Source: a virus. From it: a stretch of DNA of 42,903 nt. Positions within the stretch are counted from its first letter, which is position 1. Each line of letters opens with the position of its first letter. Positions 8,974-16,818 of the stretch are shown in pieces. The stretch lies in the IMG/VR virus record IMGVR_UViG_3300045988_034633. One strand, written 5' to 3'. The translations under genes were made by a program, and so were the position numbers. Under the pieces are notes generated by a model. It saw only the letters and a program-made list of their open reading frames with translations. It searched no databases and was not told where the DNA came from.

Positions 8974-9423
8974 ATGCCTTACAATCCGTATGCGTATCAG
9001 ATGCCGACATACTACGGCCAGCCAATGCCGGACAACCTCACTCAACTCAGGCAGGGAGTGGGCTATCAGTCTCCCATGATGCAGCAGCCGACAGCACAGA
9101 CAGCACAGGCTACGCCCTCCATCATCTGGGTGCAGGGAGAAGAGGGCGCAAAAGCCTATATGGTCGCCGCAGGCAACAGCGTACTACTGATGGACAGCGA
9201 AAACAGCGCTTTTTATATCAAAAGCACCGATGCAAGCGGTATGCCGCTTCCTCTCCGGGTGTTTGACTACAAGGAGCGCACCACGGCGACAAAAATGCCC
9301 CCTCAGACGGCGCAGCAGCCCGGCGGGGAGTTTGTCACCCGAGCAGAGTTTGACGCTCTGGCAGCCCGCTGTGCGGCGCTCGAGAAGCAAGAGCCTGCAA
9401 AACCTGAAACGGAGGTCAAATAA
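8974..9423 (+). CDS. Low-complexity P/Y/Q/M-rich protein with a small globular core
   Basis: RBS aaggagga. MPYNPYAYQMPTYYGQPMP... then IIWVQGEEGAKAYMVAAGNSVLLMDSE. Confidence 0.55.
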   Translation: MPYNPYAYQMPTYYGQPMPDNLTQLRQGVGYQSPMMQQPTAQTAQATPSIIWVQGEEGAKAYMVAAGNSVLLMDSENSAFYIKSTDASGMPLPLRVFDYKERTTATKMPPQTAQQPGGEFVTRAEFDALAARCAALEKQEPAKPETEVK

Positions 9424-9425
9424 GT

Positions 9426-9650
9426 ATGGCAAACCCTCTTTTTAACGCACTGGGCGGCGGTATGCCCGCCATGCCAAACCCTATGGGTCAGTTCGGGCAG
9501 ATGATGCAGCAGTTCCAGCAGTTCCGTGCAAACTTTCAAGGCGACCCGAAAGCAGAGGTGCAAAAGCTGCTGCAATCCGGCAAAATGTCACAAAACCAGC
9601 TGAACCAGCTGCAGGCGATGGCGCAGCAGTTTCAGCAGTTCCTCCATTAA
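9426..9650 (+). CDS. Small Q/M-rich protein
   Basis: RBS ggaggt. QFGQMMQQFQQF...QLQAMAQQFQQFL. Confidence 0.5.
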   Translation: MANPLFNALGGGMPAMPNPMGQFGQMMQQFQQFRANFQGDPKAEVQKLLQSGKMSQNQLNQLQAMAQQFQQFLH

Positions 9651-9713
9651 GTCGTAACCGTGGCCACGGTTCAAGCATAAAAATCATTCAAAACACACGA
9701 AAGGAGTACAAAA

Positions 9714-10490
9714 ATGTCTCTTTCTTCCGATTCTGCGGTTCTGACCATGCCTGTTCAGCCAGCAAACACCAATGGCGGCAACGGCTTTGGCTTTGGCAAT
9801 GATGGCGCATGGTGGATCATCATCCTGTTCCTGTTCGCCTTCTGCGGCGGCTGGGGCGGCAACTGGGGAGGCAATGGCAACACCGGTGCCGGTGTCGTTG
9901 ACGGCTACGTCCTGACCTCCGATTTTGCCAACATCGAGCGCAAGATGGATGGTATCAACAACGGCATGTGTGATGGCTTCTACCAGCAGGCGCAGCTTGT
10001 CAACGGCGTGCAGCAGACCGTGAACAACGGCTTTATGTCCGCAGAGATCAGCCGCGCAAACCAGCAGGCGGCGTTCATGCAGCAGCTGTTTGCCATGCAG
10101 ATGCAGCAGCAGGAGTGCTGCTGCGAGAACCGCTCTGCCATTCAGGGCGTCAACTACAATCTGGCCACCCAGTCCTGCGAGACCCGGAACACGGTGCAGA
10201 ACACCACCCGGGACATCATCGACAACCAGAACCAGAACGCCCGCGCCATCCTTGACGCCCTGACCGCACAGCGCATCGAGGCAAAGGACGCAAAGATCGC
10301 CGAGCAGGGGCAGCAGCTGTTCGCAGCACAGCTGGCGGCATCTCAGGCAGCCCAGAACGAAACGCTCAAGGCCTACATGAGCGGTCAGCTGGCCTACTAC
10401 AATCCGCGCCCCGTGCCCGCATTCCAGGTACCCGCACCCTACCAGTACGGTAACTGCGGCAACGGTTGCGGCTGCAACGGTTGCGGCTAA
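9714..10490 (+). CDS. Membrane-anchored Q/N-rich coiled-coil protein with G/N/W-rich N-terminus and Cys/Gly/Asn C-terminus
   Basis: RBS gaaaggag. NGGNGFGFGNDGAWWIIILFLFAFCGGWGGNWGGNGN, an internal CCCENRS, and a C-terminal YGNCGNGCGCNGCG. Confidence 0.6.
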   Translation: MSLSSDSAVLTMPVQPANTNGGNGFGFGNDGAWWIIILFLFAFCGGWGGNWGGNGNTGAGVVDGYVLTSDFANIERKMDGINNGMCDGFYQQAQLVNGVQQTVNNGFMSAEISRANQQAAFMQQLFAMQMQQQECCCENRSAIQGVNYNLATQSCETRNTVQNTTRDIIDNQNQNARAILDALTAQRIEAKDAKIAEQGQQLFAAQLAASQAAQNETLKAYMSGQLAYYNPRPVPAFQVPAPYQYGNCGNGCGCNGCG

Positions 10491-10604
10491 CCGAATAACG
10501 GCAACTGACTGCAAATTGTAGTCTGTTCAGCCCCTGAGCTGATTTTGCAAACCAGAGCGCCGGGGCAGTAGTCCCGGCGCTTTTCTATGAAAGGAGCCGA
10601 TAAA

Positions 10605-11027
10605 ATGGCTGAATTTAGCAACTCCAACACCGTCACTGTGGCGGCTGGTGAAAACCTCCCCCTGACCGAGACCGCAGTGAAAGCCCCCGCCTGCATCATG
10701 CACCGTGAGGGCAGCGGTCTCGTGACCCTGCGCGGTCTGACCAATCAATGCAAGGCGCGCTTCAAGGTAAGCTTTGGCGGCAATGTCGCCATTCCCACCG
10801 GCGGCACCGTGGGGCCAGTTTCCGTGGCGCTGGCTGTCGGCGGTGAGTCGCTGACCAGTGCGACAGCCATTGTCACCCCGGCGGCAGTCGAAAATTACTT
10901 CAATGTTTTCGTGGCCGCGTTCATCGAGGTGCCGCGCGGCTGCTGCGTAACCGTGGCGGTTAAAAACACCAGTACGCAGGCAGTCAGCATTGCAAACAGC
11001 AATTTGATCGTTGAGCGGGTAGCATAA
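10605..11027 (+). CDS. Beta-sandwich protein resembling BclA-C-terminal / C1q-TNF-like domains
   Basis: RBS aaaggag. Alternating beta pattern ...FKVSFGGNVAIPTGGTVGPVSVALAVGGESL...VTVAVKNTSTQAVSIANSNLIVERV. Confidence 0.4.
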   Translation: MAEFSNSNTVTVAAGENLPLTETAVKAPACIMHREGSGLVTLRGLTNQCKARFKVSFGGNVAIPTGGTVGPVSVALAVGGESLTSATAIVTPAAVENYFNVFVAAFIEVPRGCCVTVAVKNTSTQAVSIANSNLIVERVA

Positions 11028-11043
11028 GAAAGGAGATAAAGTC

Positions 11044-11445
11044 ATGCTGGATAAACTGAATCATCTGAAGGATGAGATGTGCGACGAGCTCATGGAGCTG
11101 ACCGACAAAAAGAACCGTTCCCCGGGTGATATCGAGATGATCGGCGAGATCGTGGATATCATTCTGGACATCCACCGCATCGAGGACTACTGCGAGGGCG
11201 GCGAGTACAGCCGTGCGGGCGAGTGGGAAGCTGACATGCGCGGGACCTTTGGCCATGATGCCGGAAACGGTTACAACCGGGGCAGCAGCTACGCCAACCG
11301 AGGCCGTCACTATGTGCGCGGGCACTACTCCCGCACGGATGGCCGTGAGCGCATGATCTCTGACATTGAGGAAATGATGCAGGACGCCACCGGCGCAGAG
11401 CGTGACGCCTACAAGCGGGCAGCTGACATCTTGCGCAATGCATAA
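11044..11445 (+). CDS. Hypothetical protein (helical ends, G/R/Y/S-rich centre)
   Basis: RBS gaaaggag. 133-aa ORF. Confidence 0.5.
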   Translation: MLDKLNHLKDEMCDELMELTDKKNRSPGDIEMIGEIVDIILDIHRIEDYCEGGEYSRAGEWEADMRGTFGHDAGNGYNRGSSYANRGRHYVRGHYSRTDGRERMISDIEEMMQDATGAERDAYKRAADILRNA

Positions 11446-11463
11446 GAAAGGGGGGCGGCAGGT

Positions 11464-11820
11464 ATGGATATTGACGAGATCAATGAGCACATCCGCAAGC
11501 TCAAGTGCGAGGAAACCAGCTGGCAGAGTGTCAACAAACTTGCCGCCCTCTGCACTGTGCGGGACGAGCTGGAAGAAAAGCAGGCACCTGAAACGCAGGC
11601 CCAATCGCCGCCTCCCACGTCGTACCCTGCGGCATACTCCACAAAAGCAAATCCGCAAAGCGAGTTCGTGGAAGCGGCCAGCGCCGCGCCCTTTGGAGGC
11701 TTGATGGAAGTGCTTGATGAGCACATGAGCGCCATAAAGCTTGCATACCCGAAAGAGTATGAGCTGGTCATGCGGAAGATTTCTGACGTGATAAGAAACC
11801 AACAAGCGACCAACTTATAA
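11464..11820 (+). CDS. Hypothetical protein
   Basis: RBS aagggggg. 118-aa ORF, last gene before attP. Confidence 0.5.
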   Translation: MDIDEINEHIRKLKCEETSWQSVNKLAALCTVRDELEEKQAPETQAQSPPPTSYPAAYSTKANPQSEFVEAASAAPFGGLMEVLDEHMSAIKLAYPKEYELVMRKISDVIRNQQATNL

Positions 11821-11847
11821 AAATAAATCGTTATATCGAATAAATAT

Positions 11848-11897
11848 ATTGATTTGTAATCAGTGGGTTGCAGGTTCAACTCCTGTCACCAGCTCCA
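11848..11897 (+). other. attP core candidate: 3' half of tRNA-Thr(UGU), from the anticodon loop to CCA
   Basis: tttgtaa loop, tcagt, T-arm gcagg-ttcaact-cctgt, acceptor caccagc, then t and cca. There is no 5' half. It is adjacent to the integrase. Confidence 0.7.
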
Positions 11898-11948
11898 AAA
11901 AATAACGCATAGACGATGAAAACAATTCGCCTATGCGTTATTTTTTGT
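11897..11948. terminator. Bidirectional terminator (12-bp stem)
   Basis: aataacgcatag (11901-11912) pairs with ctatgcgttatt (11931-11942). An A-run precedes it and a T-run follows. Confidence 0.65.
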
Positions 11949-12016
11949 GAAAAAGTGATGTAAAATGACCTGAAACCGTGTGATAAACTACCAAATAAGC
12001 TACCACGAAACTCCGC

Positions 12017-13222
12017 TCAGTCTTCCTCGTTTTCACGTTCCTCAAAAAGGCTTTCAGCTTTTTTCATCTCATCGGTGAGGAATTTCTGACGGTGGGCAAC
12101 GTAATATCTTGCAGTGGTGGAAAAATTTGTGTGTCCCATAATCTTTTTTGTTGCAGTAGGCGCCACATTTGCTTCAACGAGAAGGGTAGTTGCAGTGCGG
12201 CGCAAGGCGTGGGGGGTAATGCGGTCTCTAATCGGAGTGTCGGCTTGGTTTATTCCAAGATCAAGCATCAGCTTACGGAAAGAATGCTCAACATTGTTTT
12301 TGTCCTTTTTGTTTCCGCTTTCAGTGGGAAGAAGATATTTTTCTCCGATGCTCAACAACATCCATTCTGCAAGAATATTCTTGATCGGGTTTAAGATAGG
12401 AATAAAGCGTCCCTTTCCAGCAGCAGTCTTTTCGCCACCGGTCAGATTGCCGTTTTCTAAATCAACATTATCTCTAGGCAAAGAAAGAAGCTCGTCAATT
12501 CTCATTCCGGTGTATAAAAGAACCATTGCGATCTGCGCCGTTAAGTGCATTCCGTTTCTAGGATCGTCTGCAACGGCTCGGATTTTAGCTGTCTCTTCCG
12601 GCGTAAGGATCCTTTCCTTTGGGCCGGGCGCTGGCGGCAGCTCTAACCCATCAGCATAGTTTTGGTTGATAATATCTTGCTTCATGGCATATATGCATAG
12701 CTGCCGAAATAAACCTTTTTGCTTTTCGCATAGGCTTCGGGATTTTCCGTCTGCGGAAAGTTCATCAATAACTTTTTGATAATCTTCCGTTTTAAGAGTG
12801 CGCACTTCGACGTTCCAAAGTTTTTCAGCTTTGCTGTAAGCTCTTACATACCCGTCTTTTGTATCTTCACCGATGCTACTAAAGTGCGTAGCGCTCCATC
12901 TTTTGTAGATCTCCGCAAAAGTGGATTTTAAGCGCTCTGCCGGCGTCCTCTGAGCATTGTAAGTATCCAGGGCCTGAATGGCTTCTCCGGGAGATGCATA
13001 GTGCCCAAGAACTGTTTTGCCTCCATCCTCCGATGGAACAACGGCAACGTACGGTCTGCTTCTATTTCCGTCAGCCTTTTTATATACGCTGCCGCTGCCC
13101 TTTGGGCGGCGGCGCTTTTTTCTTTGCTGCGGGGCGGCTTCCGGCTGCTTCTTCCCGCACCACGGACAAAAAGAAGCACCATCCGGGATCTCTTTCCGGC
13201 AGCATGGTCTCACGCATTTCAT
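12017..13222 (-). CDS. int: Tyrosine integrase with an N-terminal zinc-ribbon
   Basis: CxxC...CPWCG N-terminus. C-terminal HALRRTA...GHTNFSTTARYY catalytic motifs. Confidence 0.9.
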   Translation of the reverse strand: MKCVRPCCRKEIPDGASFCPWCGKKQPEAAPQQRKKRRRPKGSGSVYKKADGNRSRPYVAVVPSEDGGKTVLGHYASPGEAIQALDTYNAQRTPAERLKSTFAEIYKRWSATHFSSIGEDTKDGYVRAYSKAEKLWNVEVRTLKTEDYQKVIDELSADGKSRSLCEKQKGLFRQLCIYAMKQDIINQNYADGLELPPAPGPKERILTPEETAKIRAVADDPRNGMHLTAQIAMVLLYTGMRIDELLSLPRDNVDLENGNLTGGEKTAAGKGRFIPILNPIKNILAEWMLLSIGEKYLLPTESGNKKDKNNVEHSFRKLMLDLGINQADTPIRDRITPHALRRTATTLLVEANVAPTATKKIMGHTNFSTTARYYVAHRQKFLTDEMKKAESLFEERENEED

Positions 13223-13225
13223 GGC

Positions 13226-13813
13226 TTACTCCTTTTTCTGCCCGATGTATCCGAAGGCACCATTTTCAGCAGCGGCCTTTCCGGCCTTGTAGTTGATCTT
13301 CAGGTCGTCAATGGGAGGTTGCGGATCGTCCGGGCATGGGTCAAGGCCCGCGATCTGCGCATAGGTATACTGGTCTATGATGGTTCCGCACACGCTGACC
13401 CGGTTATTGAGCGGGCAGTGCAGGTTTGCAGCTATCTCCGATATGACAGCAGGCGGGCTGCTGCCGTGACTGCCTTTCAGTATGAAGAGGAGTAACCTTT
13501 TCGTCAGCGACGGCAGATTTACCACGAGACGGCGCAACTCCGCGTTTAGCTCCTCGTCGGCCTTGCCGTCATCCGGCACTTTGTACAGATCCGGGTGGAG
13601 CATCTCCATGAACATCGTGATGGGTGACACCCCGCACGCCGTGCACCAGTCCATGATCTCGTCACTGTCCGGGCTGGTGCATCCTTTTTCCCAGCTCTGC
13701 ACGGTGCGCTCTCCTTTTTCGATGCGCCTTGCGATCTCCGCTTGGCTCAGGCCAGCAGACACCCGTGCTTTTGCAAGTGCTTTCCCGATTTGGCTCGCCG
13801 TAAAATAACTCAT
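13226..13813 (-). CDS. XRE-family HTH regulator (195 aa) upstream of int
   Basis: RBS gggggtgaaag then ATG at 13813. GLSQAEIARRIEKGERTVQSWEKG HTH. The stop is 3 nt from the int start. Confidence 0.75.
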   Translation of the reverse strand: MSYFTASQIGKALAKARVSAGLSQAEIARRIEKGERTVQSWEKGCTSPDSDEIMDWCTACGVSPITMFMEMLHPDLYKVPDDGKADEELNAELRRLVVNLPSLTKRLLLFILKGSHGSSPPAVISEIAANLHCPLNNRVSVCGTIIDQYTYAQIAGLDPCPDDPQPPIDDLKINYKAGKAAAENGAFGYIGQKKE

Positions 13814-13851
13814 ACTTTCACCCCCATAAAACCAGTGTGTTTTTAACAAAA

Positions 13852-13878
13852 AATGGCGCAGAAAAAGTCTGCGCCATT
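13852..13878. promoter_or_regulatory. Perfect 11-bp-arm inverted repeat (operator, or minus-strand terminator)
   Basis: aatggcgcaga-aaaag-tctgcgccatt. On the minus strand it is followed by a T-run. Confidence 0.45.
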
Positions 13879-13916
13879 CGACAAATTTTATCCGTATTTT
13901 GTTTTCCAACGGCGCA

Positions 13917-13925
13917 TGGTAAAAT
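13917..13925 (+). promoter_or_regulatory. Extended -10 element (TGgTAAAAT)
   Basis: Read directly, about 45 nt upstream of the ATG at 13972. The -35 is weak. Confidence 0.35.
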
Positions 13926-13971
13926 CTGGATTATAAATCGTAGATGTGCACAAAAGAAAGGAGAAAACAAA

Positions 13972-14082
13972 ATGGATTTTGAGCAAAGAAACGGCAAAGA
14001 AGCTGAAATGACCATCATCGACGGAATGCCCGCCAGCATCCTGACCGGAACCGACCACACCCCTGCACCCTGGGAGGAATGA
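13972..14082 (+). CDS. Small ORF (36 aa), divergent from the XRE regulator
   Basis: RBS aaaggaga with good spacing. Below the ORF-track size threshold when counted from this start. Confidence 0.35.
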   Translation: MDFEQRNGKEAEMTIIDGMPASILTGTDHTPAPWEE

Positions 14083-14085
14083 GTT

Positions 14086-14298
14086 ATGAAAAAGCTGTCA
14101 CACTTTCGCACACATGCCCGTTCCCTGCTGGCCTGCTATTTGGATATGACCCCGGAGCAGCAGCGCCTTGCTCGCGCTTACATTCAAGATAGGGCCCTGC
14201 CGGAGGTGCAAGCCCTTCGTAACGCCGCCGGTGAGCCAGGCGGGGCTGTAGCCGCTGACCTGTTGCAAAATTTGCAACAGCCTTGCAACCGCGAATAA
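14086..14298 (+). CDS. Hypothetical 70-aa protein
   Basis: RBS gggaggaa. Follows the small ORF. Confidence 0.45.
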   Translation: MKKLSHFRTHARSLLACYLDMTPEQQRLARAYIQDRALPEVQALRNAAGEPGGAVAADLLQNLQQPCNRE

Positions 14299-14367
14299 GC
14301 TGAAATGTCAGCGCAAATCCACGTTTTTCAGCGTATTTTTCCGCTGAAAGAAGTGCACGAATGGGGA

Positions 14368-14396
14368 TTGACAAATACAACCAACAGTTTTATAAT
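14368..14396 (+). promoter_or_regulatory. Perfect consensus sigma-70 promoter TTGACA-17-TATAAT, antisense to the downstream minus-strand gene
   Basis: Hexamers at 14368-14373 and 14391-14396 with a 17-nt spacer. Flanked by the inverted repeat acaacca/tggttgt. Confidence 0.5.
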
Positions 14397-14412
14397 ATGG
14401 TTGTAAACAGGT

Positions 14413-15129
14413 TTACAGGCCAAGCAGCTGAGATTTCTTTGTGTTGTACTCCGCTTCCGTGATGGCCCCCATATCCAGTAGCTGCTTAAACTTCAAAAGC
14501 TCATCGGCGGCGCTGGGGGCAGCCGGAGCGGCAGCCTGTGGCTTCTCCTGGCTGACTTTGCAGTTCTTGAGAAAATCGGTCATACCGCCTGGATAAACCG
14601 TTGTCGGCAAGTTGCTTTCGCCTAGTGGAAGCGCAAAGTGGATAGACACGCTCTCTTTACTGCGACCCTTGCGGGTCTCTGTTTTAGCGGTGGCAGCGCC
14701 CACGATCGCACCCACAGGCCCGGCAACGGCTGCACCGATCACGGCACGGCCAATACCACCCTTTGTCTCTGTCACCGTCAGATCGTCAGGCGCGTCAGAT
14801 TCATAACCGGCGACTTCATCAAAGCTGTAGATCATGCGAGGGCCTTTATCACCACTGCGGTGTCCAATGCAAAACAGCCGGTTGGGTTTGTCAATCGACA
14901 CAAAGAGTGCGTCACCATCATAGATGGAATCGGTTTCTTTGAACGCCTTCCGATGCTGTTCCAGTGTAGCCCAGTAGTCCGCAAGGGCAGCTGTCGGTTG
15001 CTTTGCTGCTCGGATGCCCAATTTTGAAAAGAAAAAGTTGCTGCAGCTGGCGCAAATCAAGCCGTCCGCGCTTTTCTCACGGTTCAGAAGACCCAGCTTG
15101 CCGCCGCAGACAGGGCAGGCATTTGCCAT
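14413..15129 (-). CDS. Zinc-ribbon / glycine-zipper / SHOCT-domain protein
   Basis: MANACPVCGGK...CASC N-terminus, GGIGRAVIGAAVAGPVGAIVGAATA segment, and C-terminal LLKFKQLLDMGAITEAEYNTKKSQLL (SHOCT-like). Confidence 0.65.
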   Translation of the reverse strand: MANACPVCGGKLGLLNREKSADGLICASCSNFFFSKLGIRAAKQPTAALADYWATLEQHRKAFKETDSIYDGDALFVSIDKPNRLFCIGHRSGDKGPRMIYSFDEVAGYESDAPDDLTVTETKGGIGRAVIGAAVAGPVGAIVGAATAKTETRKGRSKESVSIHFALPLGESNLPTTVYPGGMTDFLKNCKVSQEKPQAAAPAAPSAADELLKFKQLLDMGAITEAEYNTKKSQLLGL

Positions 15130-15218
15130 AATAAGCACCTCACATATACAAAAATAGGCAGCCAACCAGCTGCCGAAAAGCTAAATTATCAAGGAAAATG
15201 TCAAAGGAGGAAAATAAA

Positions 15219-15347
15219 GTGCAAGAAAATAGCACAAAATTGATGAAAGACACCCCGGAATGTGTTATACTTGAGAAAATCAAGCTTGCACTTTCCCTTG
15301 GCATCGACGTGGACAAACTTTTACAGGAGGTAAAAATATATGCTTAA
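15219..15347 (+). CDS. Small ORF (42 aa, GTG start)
   Basis: Strong RBS aaaggagga 8 nt upstream. My own translation is VQENSTKLMKDTPECVILEKIKLALSLGIDVDKLLQEVKIYA. Confidence 0.3.
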   Translation: MQENSTKLMKDTPECVILEKIKLALSLGIDVDKLLQEVKIYA

Positions 15348-15684
15348 TACTGCACTGCTTGTCATTTTAGTTGGCCTGATTATCTATATCGGCGCTATTC
15401 TGACATATGAATTTTTTGACTTGAACGATTTTGCTTTTCTTCACAAAAAGCCAAAATATACCGTCATTCCGGCAGAGTGTTTTCCTAAAAAGGTTACGCT
15501 GGGCGACCTCTGCGAACTCTGCCCTGAAACTATTTTCAAGGTGGTTGACGGAAATGGCGGATTTGCCATGATTAACCCGCAAGATATTGACAGCGAAAAA
15601 CTGAGCATTTACAAAACACTTTCTGCTTACAATCTGGACACGCAGAATCAAACGCTGGAAGTTTCCGACCCTTCGCTTCTTTGA
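15340..15684 (+). CDS. Membrane-anchored hypothetical protein (low GC)
   Basis: RBS aggaggt. N-terminal TM segment LLVILVGLIIYIGAIL. Confidence 0.5.
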   Translation: MLNTALLVILVGLIIYIGAILTYEFFDLNDFAFLHKKPKYTVIPAECFPKKVTLGDLCELCPETIFKVVDGNGGFAMINPQDIDSEKLSIYKTLSAYNLDTQNQTLEVSDPSLL

Positions 15685-16040
15685 GATACAAAAAGCGTCA
15701 ATACCGTACTCACGACAGCAGAGAGCACCGCAATGACAACACTCTGAGCAAATTGTTTGCGGCTGATTCTCTGCTGTCTTTGCTTTTCGATAAAATAAAG
15801 AACGCCCTTTTGAGTAAGAGAAATAGAAAAATTCTCAAAAATGCCATTTTCTGTAAAATCATATACCGTTATCAAGCCATCCGCCCACAAAGAGTCAATC
15901 AAAGACTTTGGATTTTTTATGCCATTTTTAATAAAAATGCTAGGCGTAAAATAATCGTCATCTTCATGGGTTTCGTAATAGTCACAAATTATTTTCATGC
16001 CTTTATGAATCTGGGCTTCGCTAACCATTCCCGTCACCAT
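15648..16040 (-). CDS. Hypothetical protein with a C-terminal TM segment, co-oriented with the repressor (low GC)
   Basis: Overlaps the repressor stop. C-terminal SVVIAVLSAVVSTVLTLFV. Confidence 0.55.
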   Translation of the reverse strand: MVTGMVSEAQIHKGMKIICDYYETHEDDDYFTPSIFIKNGIKNPKSLIDSLWADGLITVYDFTENGIFENFSISLTQKGVLYFIEKQRQQRISRKQFAQSVVIAVLSAVVSTVLTLFVSQRSEGSETSSV

Positions 16041-16383
16041 CCGGCATATTCAAAACGGCATCAATCGTAGTGTTCAGCATATCCCAAAATGCCGCCTGCT
16101 GCTCAGGCGAAAGCTTTTTCATCTTATTAAGAGTGGCCTGCGCCTTTGCATCCAGCCCATCACCCTCCGGGGTGCTGGGCTTTTCTTTTTGCTCGCTTTC
16201 GCCTGTGAGCTCCTCAGACGGAACATTAAAAAATGTGGCAATTTTTTCAATCGTCGCTTTTCTTGGCACTGATCCATTGCTCCATCTGGTAACGACAGAG
16301 CGCTGAAAGCCCATTTCTTCCGCAACGGCTGACGGAGATTTCCCAATCTTGTTACAAAGGCGCACAAAGTTCAAGTAAAACAA
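16021..16383 (-). CDS. XRE-family repressor (CI-like), TTG start
   Basis: RBS ggaggtg 5-7 nt before the TTG at 16383. NFVRLCNKIGKSPSAVAEEMGFQRSVVTRWSNG HTH. Faces an operator-rich region. Confidence 0.7.
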   Translation of the reverse strand: MFYLNFVRLCNKIGKSPSAVAEEMGFQRSVVTRWSNGSVPRKATIEKIATFFNVPSEELTGESEQKEKPSTPEGDGLDAKAQATLNKMKKLSPEQQAAFWDMLNTTIDAVLNMPDGDGNG

Positions 16384-16420
16384 AATGACACCTCCGTTTT
16401 TGTGCAAACACACAAAAGTG

Positions 16421-16533
16421 AACAAACGTAACAAAATGCCTTGACTGTTGCGTTTGTTTGCGCTATACTGTGCTTGTTGGATGTAAACAAACGCAACACA
16501 AGAGACACCCAAAACAATAGGCGTTTGCTTGTT
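16421..16533. promoter_or_regulatory. Operator array, AACAAACG(C/T)AAC-type half sites
   Basis: Sites at 16421-16432, 16447-16459 (inverted), 16485-16497 and 16521-16533 (degenerate, inverted). The 13-bp arms gttgcgtttgttt / aaacaaacgcaac are perfect. Confidence 0.6.
16441..16469 (+). promoter_or_regulatory. Rightward promoter TTGACT-17-TATACT
   Basis: Read directly. An operator arm occupies the spacer. Confidence 0.6.
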
Positions 16534-16557
16534 AGCTATTAAGTACTTCGCACCTAC

Positions 16558-16586
16558 ATAATAGCACGTTTTGTGAACATTTGCAA
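16558..16586 (-). promoter_or_regulatory. Leftward promoter TTGCAA-17-TATTAT
   Basis: Read on the reverse complement (ttgcaa 16581-16586, tattat = revcomp of 16558-16563). Points toward the repressor gene. Confidence 0.5.
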
Positions 16587-16818
16587 CAAGTATTTTTGAC
16601 ACGGTGACAAGAAAAAGCCCGCCTGCGGTTGTTTCACAGACGGACTTTTCACCGATTTGTAACCAGAACGCACTTGCTCGTGTCTGGAACTGGCTGGCTC
16701 AAAAGTTGGGTCAATGAAATCACCTTCCTTTTGAATCAGTTTAACTAGGAGCCTTGAACAGTATAGCAAATCGGTGCGCCGTTGTCAATTTATTAACCAA
16801 AAAAAGGGAGGTGGAAGA

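Noticed and set aside
15160-15177. Hairpin ggcagc-caacca-gctgcc with a minus-strand T-run, considered as an attenuator upstream of the SHOCT gene
   Set aside because: The stem is only 6 bp, and I could not place a convincing promoter around it. The evidence is insufficient to call it.
16554-16769. 71-aa minus-strand ORF in the switch region
   Set aside because: There is no RBS. It overlaps the predicted promoter and operator region and its composition is not protein-like.
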